Part shown: positions 1 to 8,819 of the stretch, in pieces
Layout of the letters: every line of letters begins with the position of its first letter
Position numbering within the stretch: position 1 is the stretch's first letter
Assembly: GCA_964559555.1 (NCBI GenBank)
Contig: CAZLHM010000002.1
Coordinates: 12,238-76,237 of the forward strand
Source: an uncultured Candidatus Bathyarchaeia archaeon
GTDB lineage: Archaea > Thermoproteota > Bathyarchaeia > 40CM-2-53-6
Reading direction: 5' to 3'
Length of the DNA: 64,000 nt
Notes under the pieces: generated by a model
What the model saw: only the letters and a program-made list of their open reading frames with translations
What the model was told of the DNA's origin: nothing
Database searches by the model: none
Translations under genes and position numbers: made by a program

Positions 1-171
1 GCGGGGGTTCTTCGACTCGGGAAGAAAAGACTCTATGTCAGTGTGGGTCACAAGATATCGCTCGAAGATGCTGTAAGGATCGTGAAGCATTGCCTCAGCG
101 AGCGTGGGCTTGAACCTGTGTTGGTGGCGCATCAGGAGGCGAAGAGTCTGAGATGGTCGCACAGGACCTGA
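1..171 (+). CDS. nfi: Endonuclease V, C-terminal part (gene runs in from the left edge)
   Basis: Frame 1 reads AGVLRLGKKRLYVSVGHKISLEDAVRIVKHC...EPVLVAH...stop. The YVSxGH-x-I-S-L and EPxxxAH motifs are typical of EndoV. Not in the ORF track. Confidence 0.8.
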   Translation, partial: AGVLRLGKKRLYVSVGHKISLEDAVRIVKHCLSERGLEPVLVAHQEAKSLRWSHRT

Positions 172-842
172 GCCCGGTACTTGTGTGGACGCTATTCAAG
201 CTCGCAGAGCTCGGAGCCTATCCTGGAGAACTCTCGATCACAACGGCAAAGCTGGCCGAGAGCCTAGCCATCTCACAGCAGACAGCTTCACGGCATCTCA
301 TAGGGCTCCAGAATCTAGGTCTTATTCGGAGAACCCGCATTGGTCGCGGCGAGGCGATCAGGCTCACCGTGAAAGGCTCGGAAGAGCTCAATAGAATGCA
401 CCTCAGATTCAAGGCGATCTTTGAGATGGAACCCACCGAGCTCCTGTTCGAGGGAACTCTCTTCTCTGGAATAGGCGAAGGCGCCTGGTACATCAGCCAA
501 CTAGGATATCGAAAACAGTTCAAAGAGAAACTTGGATTCGACCCTTTCCCGGGCACGCTTAACCTGACGCTCAACCCTGCGTATGAAGACTCGAAGAAAC
601 GCCTAGAGGCGTTTCCTCAGGTTCAGATTGATGGCTTTCGCGACGGCGAGAGAACCTTCGGCCCCGTCGTGTGTTACAGGGCGAGGATCAATGAATCGGA
701 GAATGGAGCCCTCATCTGCGCTGCAAGGACACACTATGCAGCTGATGTGATCGAGTTGATCGCGCCAGTCAATCTAAGAGTGAAGCTCGGGTTGAAGGAC
801 GGCGACATCGTGAGGGCGCGAGTTATCACTTCGACTCTCTGA
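153..842 (+). CDS. ribK: CTP-dependent riboflavin kinase with N-terminal winged-HTH (RbkR type)
   Basis: N-terminal HTH (SQQTASRHL), then SGIGEGAWY, PFPGTLN and RTHY...IELIAP motifs of archaeal RibK. Confidence 0.92.
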   Translation: MVAQDLSPVLVWTLFKLAELGAYPGELSITTAKLAESLAISQQTASRHLIGLQNLGLIRRTRIGRGEAIRLTVKGSEELNRMHLRFKAIFEMEPTELLFEGTLFSGIGEGAWYISQLGYRKQFKEKLGFDPFPGTLNLTLNPAYEDSKKRLEAFPQVQIDGFRDGERTFGPVVCYRARINESENGALICAARTHYAADVIELIAPVNLRVKLGLKDGDIVRARVITSTL

Positions 843-1539
843 GGAAGACTTGCTTAATCTCAGAGGAGCTCAAGTACTTCTCCTTGTCGAACTTCGACAG
901 TCGGACTATCTGAATCTTCAGATTCCTTCTCTTGACCAGCTCGGTAATCGTCCGTGCAAGCGAGTCTTGATCATACCCGAGCGCAATGATGTCAGGTTTG
1001 ACATCGTCAATGACTTGTTCGTAGCCCATCCCGACATCTTCGTATCCAAGGATGGCTGCGTCAACAGGTTTCAGCGAATCCACAAGTGCTCGTCTATCCT
1101 CCTCAGGGAAGACGGGTCTGCGTCCCTTCAATGTCTCTGCTGTCACGTCAGTCGCCACGACAACGATGAGAACGTCGCCATAGTTTTTCGCTTCCGCGAG
1201 AGCTGTGAGATGCCCGAGGTGGAGTATATCATAGACTCCTCCCGCCAGCACTATCCTCAACATCGATCTTCCAGCCGGGAGCAGAGAGTATTCGTCAGTG
1301 TTCTTTCGTTCAAGCGCTCCTGATCCTGTGAGCCCAGTCAACGTATCTTCGATCGTCTCGGCTTCAATGCCTGTCTTCTCGACTAGTTCTCTCTTCGTGA
1401 AGAATTGTCTTCGAAGTTGGAGGAGGTAGATGGATCTGAGGAGCTTCTTCTCGTTCCCTTTACTCATGTCGTTCTCACGCACGTCTTTATCGCTGTTCGC
1501 AGGTTCTTCGTCGGAATATTGGTTGTCAAATTCATGCAT
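826..1539 (-). CDS. ribL: FAD synthase (cytidylyltransferase fold) with N-terminal wHTH-like extension
   Basis: GGVYDILHLGH (HxGH), VVVATD, KPDIIALGYDQ and SSSEIK motifs; adjacent to ribK. Confidence 0.8.
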   Translation of the reverse strand: MHEFDNQYSDEEPANSDKDVRENDMSKGNEKKLLRSIYLLQLRRQFFTKRELVEKTGIEAETIEDTLTGLTGSGALERKNTDEYSLLPAGRSMLRIVLAGGVYDILHLGHLTALAEAKNYGDVLIVVVATDVTAETLKGRRPVFPEEDRRALVDSLKPVDAAILGYEDVGMGYEQVIDDVKPDIIALGYDQDSLARTITELVKRRNLKIQIVRLSKFDKEKYLSSSEIKQVFLRESK

Positions 1540-1540
1540 T

Positions 1541-1795
1541 TCAGTGCGTCGGACTCTTCATGCTTGCGATGCCAAGGATGCTCAATGAGTCGAGAAGGCC
1601 CTCGGCGTATGCGACTGATGCAAGAGCAGTCGTCGGTTTCCCTACCTTAAGATAATATTTGCTGTCCGCAACGTATCTCTTGACATAGTCGATGATGCGG
1701 GCAGTCCGTGGCTCATTGATGTTCTCGGCGGTTTTGAGCGCGAACTCAATAGCAGCCAAGTATGCTCGCGCTCGTTCTCTAGGATCTTCGCTCAT
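1541..1795 (-). CDS. DUF357 family protein
   Basis: Start reassigned to ATG 1795 (ATGA overlap with the dph5 stop). RYVADSKYYL...ALASVAYAEGLLD signature; usual neighbour of dph5. Confidence 0.85.
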   Translation of the reverse strand: MSEDPRERARAYLAAIEFALKTAENINEPRTARIIDYVKRYVADSKYYLKVGKPTTALASVAYAEGLLDSLSILGIASMKSPTH

Positions 1796-2586
1796 CTCCA
1801 AGCCTCCAACAGCTGAGGCGGGGCTCCTGCCAACACTCTGAGCGATTCTGCTTCCATGAAGTGTAACTTGCTTGGTACGATAATGGAGAAAGGAGGTCCG
1901 CCAAATTCGGACTTCATTAGGTTTCCCGCCGTATCCACTCTCACGATACAATCAGGTGATTCCACTCGGGCAAGTGCGATGGTGAGGGTTTCCTCGGCCA
2001 GAACGCCGGCTTTCTTCGTGCCCTCCAACCTGACTAGGACACTGATAGCTTCAGGGATAGTGAGTTGTGGATCGTCAATATCGAGAAGCCCGAGAGTGTG
2101 AAGACCGATTCTCCTGTTAGCTTCCAAGTACTCATAGACCGATTCTGGATTAGGATTCGTTCTGGGCGAAGGGATTGTGATTGTCCTGCCAAACTTGTAC
2201 ACTTCGAGACCCGTGACACCTGCTGCCGCAGTGACAATCGACGCCGAGTGTACGAGTCTCACTGGAATCCCAATCTTCTTGGCTTCAAGGAGAATTGTCA
2301 GGTGTGTGGTTGCTGACATCGGGTCGCCTGGTGTGAGAAGGGCGACACGTGATTGCTTGGCTCTTGAGAGTATGGTGCGGTCTGCGTCTTCCTCGAGGTC
2401 ATTCCTCTTGAGAACCCTGATTTCTTTTCCGACCAAGCGCTGCAGCCGATCTAGGGAAAGCCCTGGCATGATACTCGTGTAGAACTCCGCGTAGACCACA
2501 TCTGCGTTCCTGGCTGCGTCAAGGCCCCGCAGTGTCAGTCCGTTCTCGTCGTGCAGGCCCATGCCGATCAGTAGTAGCTCTCCCAT
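1792..2586 (-). CDS. dph5: Diphthine synthase
   Basis: IGMGLHDE, YAEFYTS, GDPMSATTH, YKFGRTITIP, GLHTLGLLDI and LHFMEAE motifs. Confidence 0.95.
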   Translation of the reverse strand: MGELLLIGMGLHDENGLTLRGLDAARNADVVYAEFYTSIMPGLSLDRLQRLVGKEIRVLKRNDLEEDADRTILSRAKQSRVALLTPGDPMSATTHLTILLEAKKIGIPVRLVHSASIVTAAAGVTGLEVYKFGRTITIPSPRTNPNPESVYEYLEANRRIGLHTLGLLDIDDPQLTIPEAISVLVRLEGTKKAGVLAEETLTIALARVESPDCIVRVDTAGNLMKSEFGGPPFSIIVPSKLHFMEAESLRVLAGAPPQLLEAWR

Positions 2587-2640
2587 CTCATCTTCGCGGC
2601 AGAGCTAGTGGGGGGGATGGTAATATTCGTGACCTAACGG

Positions 2641-3726
2641 TCAGACCACTATTCTTCCGTTCTCTACGATTGTCCTGCCGTCAAGTTCGATGGTTGCTTG
2701 GCTGAGAGTTCCCTGAAAGGCGTAGTCGCTGTCGTTCTTCCCGCCCAAGTCTACGTTCGATCCTATTCCGATGGTGACAGCGCCCTTTGCGAATCCGTCC
2801 GTCAGAAACCCTGTCCTTATTCGTGGATTGAGTCCGATCGTGAGGCTCCCGATCTTGTCCTTGGCTCCGTGTCCTCGATCAAATATCGGCTTGACCGCGT
2901 CAAGATTCTTCTGCGCGTTGAAGGCTGTAACTCGTCCATTCTCGAACACCCACTGGAGCCCATGAACCAGCTTCCCAACCTGTGGGACGGGTAGGTCGAA
3001 TGTCACCTTCCCTGAAGCACTGTCCTCGACAACAGACACGGCAACCGATCCTGTCGGGAGAGTTGTGAAGAACAGGCCGCGTTTGAGGTCGTCGTCATCT
3101 ATGACTCCATCATTGATCTGAGTCTGTCGTCCTAGTATGGAGAACTTGAGGTCAGTGCCTATTCGTGATCTCACTCGAACTTCTCTTGCGCGCTCAAGGT
3201 TCGAGGCAACGCGCCTGCCCAAGATGCTCATGTCATCGTACCGAACCGCCGTCGCGGAATCGATCATCCGCTTCCATCGCTGGAAGTTGAAGCCATACGT
3301 CCGAGCCCTCTCCGGAGTGACTGCTCCATGCGCCAGATATGCACCTCGTATCTTCTTCTCTCGACTCTTGTCGAAGTGGGCCTTCTCCCCCTCGAAGGAA
3401 GCAGCGAACTTCTCCGGAGGAACCTTCCTCATCCGAAGAGGATTCGCCGGGCCCCCGATGAAGATATTGACGGTAGTATATTCGGCAAGACCTAGGCAGT
3501 GCTTCGAGGTGACCTTCAGATTCTCTTCGGAGAGCAACTCGAGCTGTGAGTAGTAGCTTCGATCTGTTTCGAGGATGGCCATAGCGTCAGCGCCAATCCG
3601 GAAGCACTCATCAAGTATCGTATCGGAAAGCTCGATCGTGTGTGGCCAAGTATTCACGGTAACGACGTCGTCAGGTCGAATTCTCAGACATTCGCTCACA
3701 ATGGCGTGTGCAACTCGAACCGACAT
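2641..3726 (-). CDS. M29-family (thermophilic metalloprotease) aminopeptidase-like protein
   Basis: GTDLKFSI, LPTGSV, FENGRVT, IGLNP, IGIGSNVDLGGKN and IELDGRTIVENG fit the fold. Some expected metal-ligand positions look substituted (LPTGS rather than PxGE). Confidence 0.75.
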   Translation of the reverse strand: MSVRVAHAIVSECLRIRPDDVVTVNTWPHTIELSDTILDECFRIGADAMAILETDRSYYSQLELLSEENLKVTSKHCLGLAEYTTVNIFIGGPANPLRMRKVPPEKFAASFEGEKAHFDKSREKKIRGAYLAHGAVTPERARTYGFNFQRWKRMIDSATAVRYDDMSILGRRVASNLERAREVRVRSRIGTDLKFSILGRQTQINDGVIDDDDLKRGLFFTTLPTGSVAVSVVEDSASGKVTFDLPVPQVGKLVHGLQWVFENGRVTAFNAQKNLDAVKPIFDRGHGAKDKIGSLTIGLNPRIRTGFLTDGFAKGAVTIGIGSNVDLGGKNDSDYAFQGTLSQATIELDGRTIVENGRIVV

Positions 3727-4063
3727 AGACTATCCTGCCAAGTATAGGGTCGAAGTGCCTGATAAGAATTCGATCGAATCGACGCCCAAAATCGTGAACG
3801 CACCGAGGAAAATCAAACGATTTGCAGGAGACAGGGGCTCATCACTACTGGATCCAACGCCCCACGTCACACTCCGCCTAATCCGAACGCAGGCAAAGAC
3901 AGTCGTGTGGATTCCAGACTGATGATCGAGGATCTTCGGCAGGAACCAGCATAACCCTGAATGCGGTAGGCCCAAAACGAGTGTTCGGATGTTTTTCGAA
4001 GTGCAAAGCAGTATGCTTACACATCGGAGAGGGATCGGCGTTGCCTCACGGAGATCGAGTCCC

Positions 4064-4924
4064 TTGTCCAGCAGCCTGATTCCGAGCTTCATTCTCACGT
4101 TTCGAGAGGCGCTGGAAGCTGCTTTAGTCATTGCCATCGCAGCATCATATCTGAGAAGAGTTGGAAAAGCGAGCCTGAACCGACACCTGTACTCGGGTGC
4201 GGTTGCTGCTGTGGGAGTCAGTGTTCTGCTGGGCGTCGTTGTATTCGGGTTCTATGGCGGGCTGTCTGGTGTCTCGGCCGAGATCTTTGAAGGGATCGCC
4301 TCTTTGATCGCTGCGCTCGTCTTGACGTACATGATCCTGTGGATGACTAGACGTGCGCGGACCATGAGGACGGAATTGGAACATAGGGTCGAGGTAGCTG
4401 TGACTACTGGGCAGATGCTCGGAATAGTTGCCCTATCTTTCGTTGCGGTGTTCAGAGAGGGTCTCGAAACTGTTCTGTTCCTCACCGCACTCGCCATCGC
4501 TGACTGGTATGGCACATTAGTTGGCGCCGCGATCGCGTCCCTGACAGTGATCATCTTGGCGGCATTTCTGATGCGTGGAATCTATCGACTCGATACTCCG
4601 AGATTCTTCCAAGTTACGAGTGTACTCCTCATAGTCTTCGCAGCTGGGTTGTCTGGTTACGCCGCACATGAGCTCTTGGAGGCCGCTGAGCACTCCGGTA
4701 TCGAACTCGGAATACTGGGACAGCACGCGTTTGACATCAATCCGCTGAAGAATCAGGATGGAACCTATCCTCTGTTGCATGAGAAAGGCGCGGTGGGATC
4801 TGTGCTCGCGGCGCTGGTCGGGTATGATGGCAACCCTGAATGGATGCGGGTCATCGTCTACGTAGGATACTGGCTCGTGCTTGGCGTGTACGTCCTATTC
4901 TCACGTCGACGCTTGAGTTCTTGA
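4064..4924 (+). CDS. FTR1-family high-affinity iron permease
   Basis: Two RExxE motifs (FREALEA, FREGLET) and multiple TM segments; start reassigned to TTG 4064. Confidence 0.9.
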   Translation: MSSSLIPSFILTFREALEAALVIAIAASYLRRVGKASLNRHLYSGAVAAVGVSVLLGVVVFGFYGGLSGVSAEIFEGIASLIAALVLTYMILWMTRRARTMRTELEHRVEVAVTTGQMLGIVALSFVAVFREGLETVLFLTALAIADWYGTLVGAAIASLTVIILAAFLMRGIYRLDTPRFFQVTSVLLIVFAAGLSGYAAHELLEAAEHSGIELGILGQHAFDINPLKNQDGTYPLLHEKGAVGSVLAALVGYDGNPEWMRVIVYVGYWLVLGVYVLFSRRRLSS

Positions 4925-5043
4925 TAGATCTGGAGACGAACGACCTCGCAGGAGACAGAGACCTTCCTGCGACGCCATCTATCCGCGTCGATTCGATTGA
5001 TGAAAACTTAAGTAGACTTCCCAGTCATGTGCGAAATCTCGGA

Positions 5044-5177
5044 GGGTCCGTAGCTCAGGCAGGCAGGTTGATCTGCCCTCGAAAGGTAGAGCAGCGGTCT
5101 CGCAGGAGCAAGGCTGAAGCTCTTAACCGCTGAGGGATACCCGAAGGTCGAGGGTTCAATTCCCTCCGGACCCGCCA
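5044..5177 (+). tRNA. tRNA-Lys(CTT) with three predicted introns (5061-5083, 5098-5118, 5126-5138) and encoded CCA
   Basis: Acceptor GGGTCCG/CGGACCC, discriminator G, then CCA. T-arm GAGGG-TTCAATT-CCCTC; D-stem GCTC/GAGC. Removing the three BHB-bounded inserts leaves a 77-nt cloverleaf with loop CT-CTT-AA. Confidence 0.85.
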
Positions 5178-5193
5178 AAAACTGACTGGAGAG

Positions 5194-5325
5194 ATGGACG
5201 GCTACGTCAGGCAGCTGGTCAAGAAGGCCGCTGATTCTGGAGGAAGGATTCCGAAGCAGTCGAACGTGTACGAGGAGATTGTCAGGAAAGGATGGGAGGC
5301 AGTGAAGAGGCAGAACAAGAAGTAG
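5194..5325 (+). CDS. Small basic 43-aa ORF (possible RHH-like protein or remnant)
   Basis: MDGYVRQLVKKAADSGGRIPKQSNVYEEIVRKGWEAVKRQNKK, preceded by GGAGAG; below the ORF-track cutoff. Confidence 0.4.
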   Translation: MDGYVRQLVKKAADSGGRIPKQSNVYEEIVRKGWEAVKRQNKK

Positions 5326-5371
5326 CTGGACAGTGATTTAAGCTCAAGCAGCCAAATATGTTTCGAGTGTT

Positions 5372-6583
5372 ATGGGGACATTCTCGTCTGGGAACATTGC
5401 AATCGCATTCAACGATAATGACGGCAAGGCTGAGCGGATTCTAGCAAACGGGACGGATATCCGAACCATAGTTTTCCAACTTACCTCGATGCCTTCGATT
5501 GGTAGAGCTCCAGTTCTTCCCGATGAACTCCACCAATTAGCTAACCAAGTTTTCGACGCCATAGAGGATCTCGTTCGTCAGGGTCTAAACACATTTGTCG
5601 CGGTGTCCGCCGCCGACCGCTTTTTCGAGTCTTTCACACCGCTCTATCGCTATCTTTCGAGTTTCGGATTTCAAGGGGCAGCCTCGCATACGTGGGTGCA
5701 GCTTATTCGATGGACGCTTGAGTGGGAGAAGAGCCACTCCACCCAGATTCACAAGGGCACTCCATTCTTCTTTCTTGGAGAGAGCCTGATCTACCAGGGC
5801 GACATTGAGACTGCCTTTCTATTCATCTACAATGCCGTGGAAGAGGACAAGTCTTCGTATCAAGCTGTGGGCCAGCCAGACCGCTACAAGCAAGCTCCTG
5901 CCTACATGACTGCCACAATCGTTGACAATCCGGCGAACGTGCTCTACAAGCCTGTCGTCCGACGCATTCGAGAAGCAATCAGCAACTACGCCACATCGTT
6001 CTCTCAAGCGACCAATTCGCCTTACACTCTGGCTGACTTCCAGACCAACTTCTTGGACAAGCCCGATCTTGAGAAGCTCGTATTCTTCTTTGTCTACAAC
6101 ATGTATGTGCACATTCAGCGAAATCGCTTTCAGCAAGTATCTCAATTCTTCGACAACGATTTCACCAAGATCAAGAATCTTGATTCAATCTTCAACATGT
6201 GCCTCATAATTGAAGAGTTGCTTCAGCACAGGTTCGGTCAAGGGAAAGACAAGTACTACATCACAAATGGAATCTTGGACCTTGCGGCAAACAAGACATG
6301 GAGGACATGGGTCGCGAAAAACGAAGCATGGGAGCAGTTTCTCGGGAAGTTGGGTGGCGTCGCCATCGGGCCCGATCCAAAGACTACAGTTCCGGCCTTG
6401 CTAACTAGCAACATCACCTACGCAGGTCAGCCATTGAAGCAAGAGCTTCGCTACCTGCTCTTGGCTTGGCACTTGCGGAACTATGGCGGCCACAACATTC
6501 GAGTGCAAGACGTTCTTGTCAAGTCATACGATCAGATATTCGAGTGCTTGATCTATGCATTGTTCATCGCGGGTCAACCATGA
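5372..6583 (+). CDS. Uncharacterised helical protein with TPR-like segment and C-terminal HEPN Rx4H motif
   Basis: 403-aa ORF. TPR-like PFFFLGESLIYQGDIETAFLFIYNA segment; RNYGGH near the C-terminus. Confidence 0.6.
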   Translation: MGTFSSGNIAIAFNDNDGKAERILANGTDIRTIVFQLTSMPSIGRAPVLPDELHQLANQVFDAIEDLVRQGLNTFVAVSAADRFFESFTPLYRYLSSFGFQGAASHTWVQLIRWTLEWEKSHSTQIHKGTPFFFLGESLIYQGDIETAFLFIYNAVEEDKSSYQAVGQPDRYKQAPAYMTATIVDNPANVLYKPVVRRIREAISNYATSFSQATNSPYTLADFQTNFLDKPDLEKLVFFFVYNMYVHIQRNRFQQVSQFFDNDFTKIKNLDSIFNMCLIIEELLQHRFGQGKDKYYITNGILDLAANKTWRTWVAKNEAWEQFLGKLGGVAIGPDPKTTVPALLTSNITYAGQPLKQELRYLLLAWHLRNYGGHNIRVQDVLVKSYDQIFECLIYALFIAGQP

Positions 6584-6601
6584 GCCGGCTGAGGAGCGCT
6601 C

Positions 6602-7045
6602 TTGATAAGCAAGGAACAGTATTGGGAGATTGACAAGTTCTACAGCAAAGCAACATCGATACTTGACGAAGCCAGAGAGCATGTCAAGAAGTTCGAGTAC
6701 GACCTGTGCGTGAGGCGCTCGCAGGAAGCCTTCGAGCTGTTTCTCAAGACCATGTTCAAGTTGATCGGCGAGGAGTATCCGCAGAAGCACGAGATCAGCC
6801 AAGAGATTTACGACATGCACAGCTCTCTAAAGAAATACGACTTCTCGGCTCAGAAGGTCGCTCAGATAGTCCACAGGAATCGGACCCTGGGGGTTTGGCG
6901 AGAGAAGTCGTTCTACGGCGACGAGAAGCTTGGAGTGACCTCCATCTTCACAGAGCACGAGGCAAGATTAGCGCTGTCCTATGCAGAAGATATCTCGACA
7001 GACTGTTATGTGGTGCGAAGTCGGGTGTTCTCGGAAGTGCGGTGA
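6602..7045 (+). CDS. HEPN domain protein (small archaeal type)
   Basis: YDLCVRRSQEAFELFLK...YPQKHEI and REKSFYG...EARLALSYA patterns. Confidence 0.85.
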   Translation: MISKEQYWEIDKFYSKATSILDEAREHVKKFEYDLCVRRSQEAFELFLKTMFKLIGEEYPQKHEISQEIYDMHSSLKKYDFSAQKVAQIVHRNRTLGVWREKSFYGDEKLGVTSIFTEHEARLALSYAEDISTDCYVVRSRVFSEVR

Positions 7046-7148
7046 AAGCTCCAACTGTACACCTGATGATATCGAGCGCCATTTCCTCATCTCACTGTGC
7101 GAACCTGTGCCTCGCGAAAAGCGGCTCGACTGAAGCTTTAAGTTACGA

Positions 7149-7192
7149 TATGATATATATCATAATATCACAAATCTGTGAGGTTGTGATAT
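7149..7192. promoter_or_regulatory. Putative AbiEi autorepression operator (two inverted repeats)
   Basis: Perfect palindrome TATGATATATATCATA (7149-7164) and ATATCACAA-N10-TTGTGATAT (7165-7192), lying between a TTTAAG box and ATG 7195. Confidence 0.65.
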
Positions 7193-7194
7193 GA

Positions 7195-7830
7195 ATGAAA
7201 ACGGACATGTTGCTCAGAAAGCTCCGCATGGAAAATAAGGAATTCGCCACGTCAGAGGAGCTGAGGGCATATTGCAAGTCATTGAAGCTGGATTACGACA
7301 TTGCGATCAGGCATCTTGTTCCGCGGGGATACCTGGTCAGAATCCTCAGGGGGATATTCTATGTCAAGTCACTTGAAGAGCTGGAGCTGGCGAGGCCCAG
7401 ATACAATCATCTCGAACTCGTCGCCAGAGGCCTTGAGCTGAAAGGTGTCAGCAACTGGTACTTTGGCCTGCACACGGCGCTCAAGCTCAACAACATGACC
7501 CACGAGGCGTTTGCAGTGGAAGACGTGATAAGCGACAAGCTGTTCCGAGCGAACCCGTTCAAGATCGCAGGGTACAAGTTCAAGTTCTCAAGGCTCTCGC
7601 CATCGCTCCTTGACTTTGGAATAAGGAAAGGGGAGAACGGCGTAAGGTATTCTGATCCAGAAAAAACGATTCTCGACTTCATCTACATATGGAGATACAA
7701 CGGCGTACCCGAAGACAAGATTGCGGCTGACGTGTCCGGTTGGGCGAAGAATGTGGCGAAGAAGATGAGGTCGTATGCGAGGAAGTATCCTAATACCGTG
7801 GCGGAGATTGCTGAGAGAGTGGCCAAATGA
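7195..7830 (+). CDS. AbiEi-like type IV antitoxin / transcriptional regulator
   Basis: wHTH with GYLVRILRGIFYV, then YFGLHTAL and YSDPEKTILD; ATGA overlap with the AbiEii gene. Confidence 0.82.
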   Translation: MKTDMLLRKLRMENKEFATSEELRAYCKSLKLDYDIAIRHLVPRGYLVRILRGIFYVKSLEELELARPRYNHLELVARGLELKGVSNWYFGLHTALKLNNMTHEAFAVEDVISDKLFRANPFKIAGYKFKFSRLSPSLLDFGIRKGENGVRYSDPEKTILDFIYIWRYNGVPEDKIAADVSGWAKNVAKKMRSYARKYPNTVAEIAERVAK

Positions 7831-8762
7831 GAGCCGATTTTGTAAACGAGGTCGCAAGAGTCCTAGACATCAAGAGAAGGGACTTGGTCGAGAAAGACCT
7901 CATCCTTCATCAGATGCTGACGGACCTATCACAGGAGAGTTTCTTTTCCGATAACTTCCTGTTCAAAGGTGGGACGTGCCTAATCAAGTGCTACTTCGGC
8001 TACCTGCGATTCTCGGAGGACATCGATTTCACATGGAAAGACCAGAGTGTCTTCGAAGGCAAGTCGCAGAAGCAAATCAGAAAGTACCTGTCGGATGTCA
8101 TCAACAAGACCGGAGACGTTTTCGAAGCCGTCGCCGAGAAGAGAGGCCTTGATTTCAAGTGCGTAAAGAGCAACAGGGACTATGTCGAACTCGGCGGCAA
8201 TGACAAGACCTGCACGCTCAAGATATGGTACGATTCCGAGATACTGAAAAGGCGGACGTTCCCGAAGGTGCAGATTAATTTCGTCGAGACCATGTGCTTC
8301 TCTCCGAAGAAAGGGGAGCTCAGCGGACTGCTGACAGGCAAGCACGAAGAGCTTGAAGGCCTGTTTCCCGAAGAGACAGCCGAGTATGCCAAGAGGATAG
8401 CTTTCAGCGTGTACGACATCCGCGAGACACTGTGTGAGAAGGTGCGCGCGCTTCTTACACGCGAAGGAACCAAGGCACGGGATTTCCTTGATGTCTACTT
8501 GATATGGAAACGGTTCGGCCTCAGGCCAGAAGACGAGGAGAAATGCATAATCGGCAAGATAGATTTCTCGCTGAGGCTCTATGCAAAGTACAGGCAGCAT
8601 CTGAAGCAGAAGGTCGCCTTGCTGAAGTCTGGGAAGCTGTTCGACTGGGGGACCGAGAAGGAATTGCTGCTGTCCGACATGGACGAGGGAGATTTCTACA
8701 AGTTCCTAGGCGGGTTCCAAGAGTTCCTTAAGAAAGCCGTGAAAGCTGTGGGCTACGGATAG
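7827..8762 (+). CDS. AbiEii/AbiGii-family nucleotidyltransferase toxin
   Basis: VEKD, FKGGTCL, RFSEDIDF, EKVRAL and RDFLDVY motifs. Confidence 0.9.
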   Translation: MRADFVNEVARVLDIKRRDLVEKDLILHQMLTDLSQESFFSDNFLFKGGTCLIKCYFGYLRFSEDIDFTWKDQSVFEGKSQKQIRKYLSDVINKTGDVFEAVAEKRGLDFKCVKSNRDYVELGGNDKTCTLKIWYDSEILKRRTFPKVQINFVETMCFSPKKGELSGLLTGKHEELEGLFPEETAEYAKRIAFSVYDIRETLCEKVRALLTREGTKARDFLDVYLIWKRFGLRPEDEEKCIIGKIDFSLRLYAKYRQHLKQKVALLKSGKLFDWGTEKELLLSDMDEGDFYKFLGGFQEFLKKAVKAVGYG

Positions 8763-8803
8763 CGCATTGCCGCTTCAAACACAATACTCATGATTGCAGA
8801 ATA

Positions 8804-8819
8804 TTGAACATATGTTCAA
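8804..8819. promoter_or_regulatory. Palindromic operator overlapping the wHTH-MNT start codon
   Basis: Perfect 16-bp palindrome TTGAACATATGTTCAA containing ATG 8812. Confidence 0.55.

Noticed and set aside
3730..4060. DtxR-type iron box upstream of FTR1
   Set aside because: Only partial half-sites (GTAGGC, CCTAA); no convincing palindrome.
5094..5130. Reading the tRNA as Ala(CGC) with stem GCGGT/ACCGC, or 5131-5145 as a long variable arm
   Set aside because: No G3:U70 pair, the discriminator is G, and no BHB forms for that intron. The Lys(CTT) parse gives two good BHBs and a standard AGGTC variable loop.
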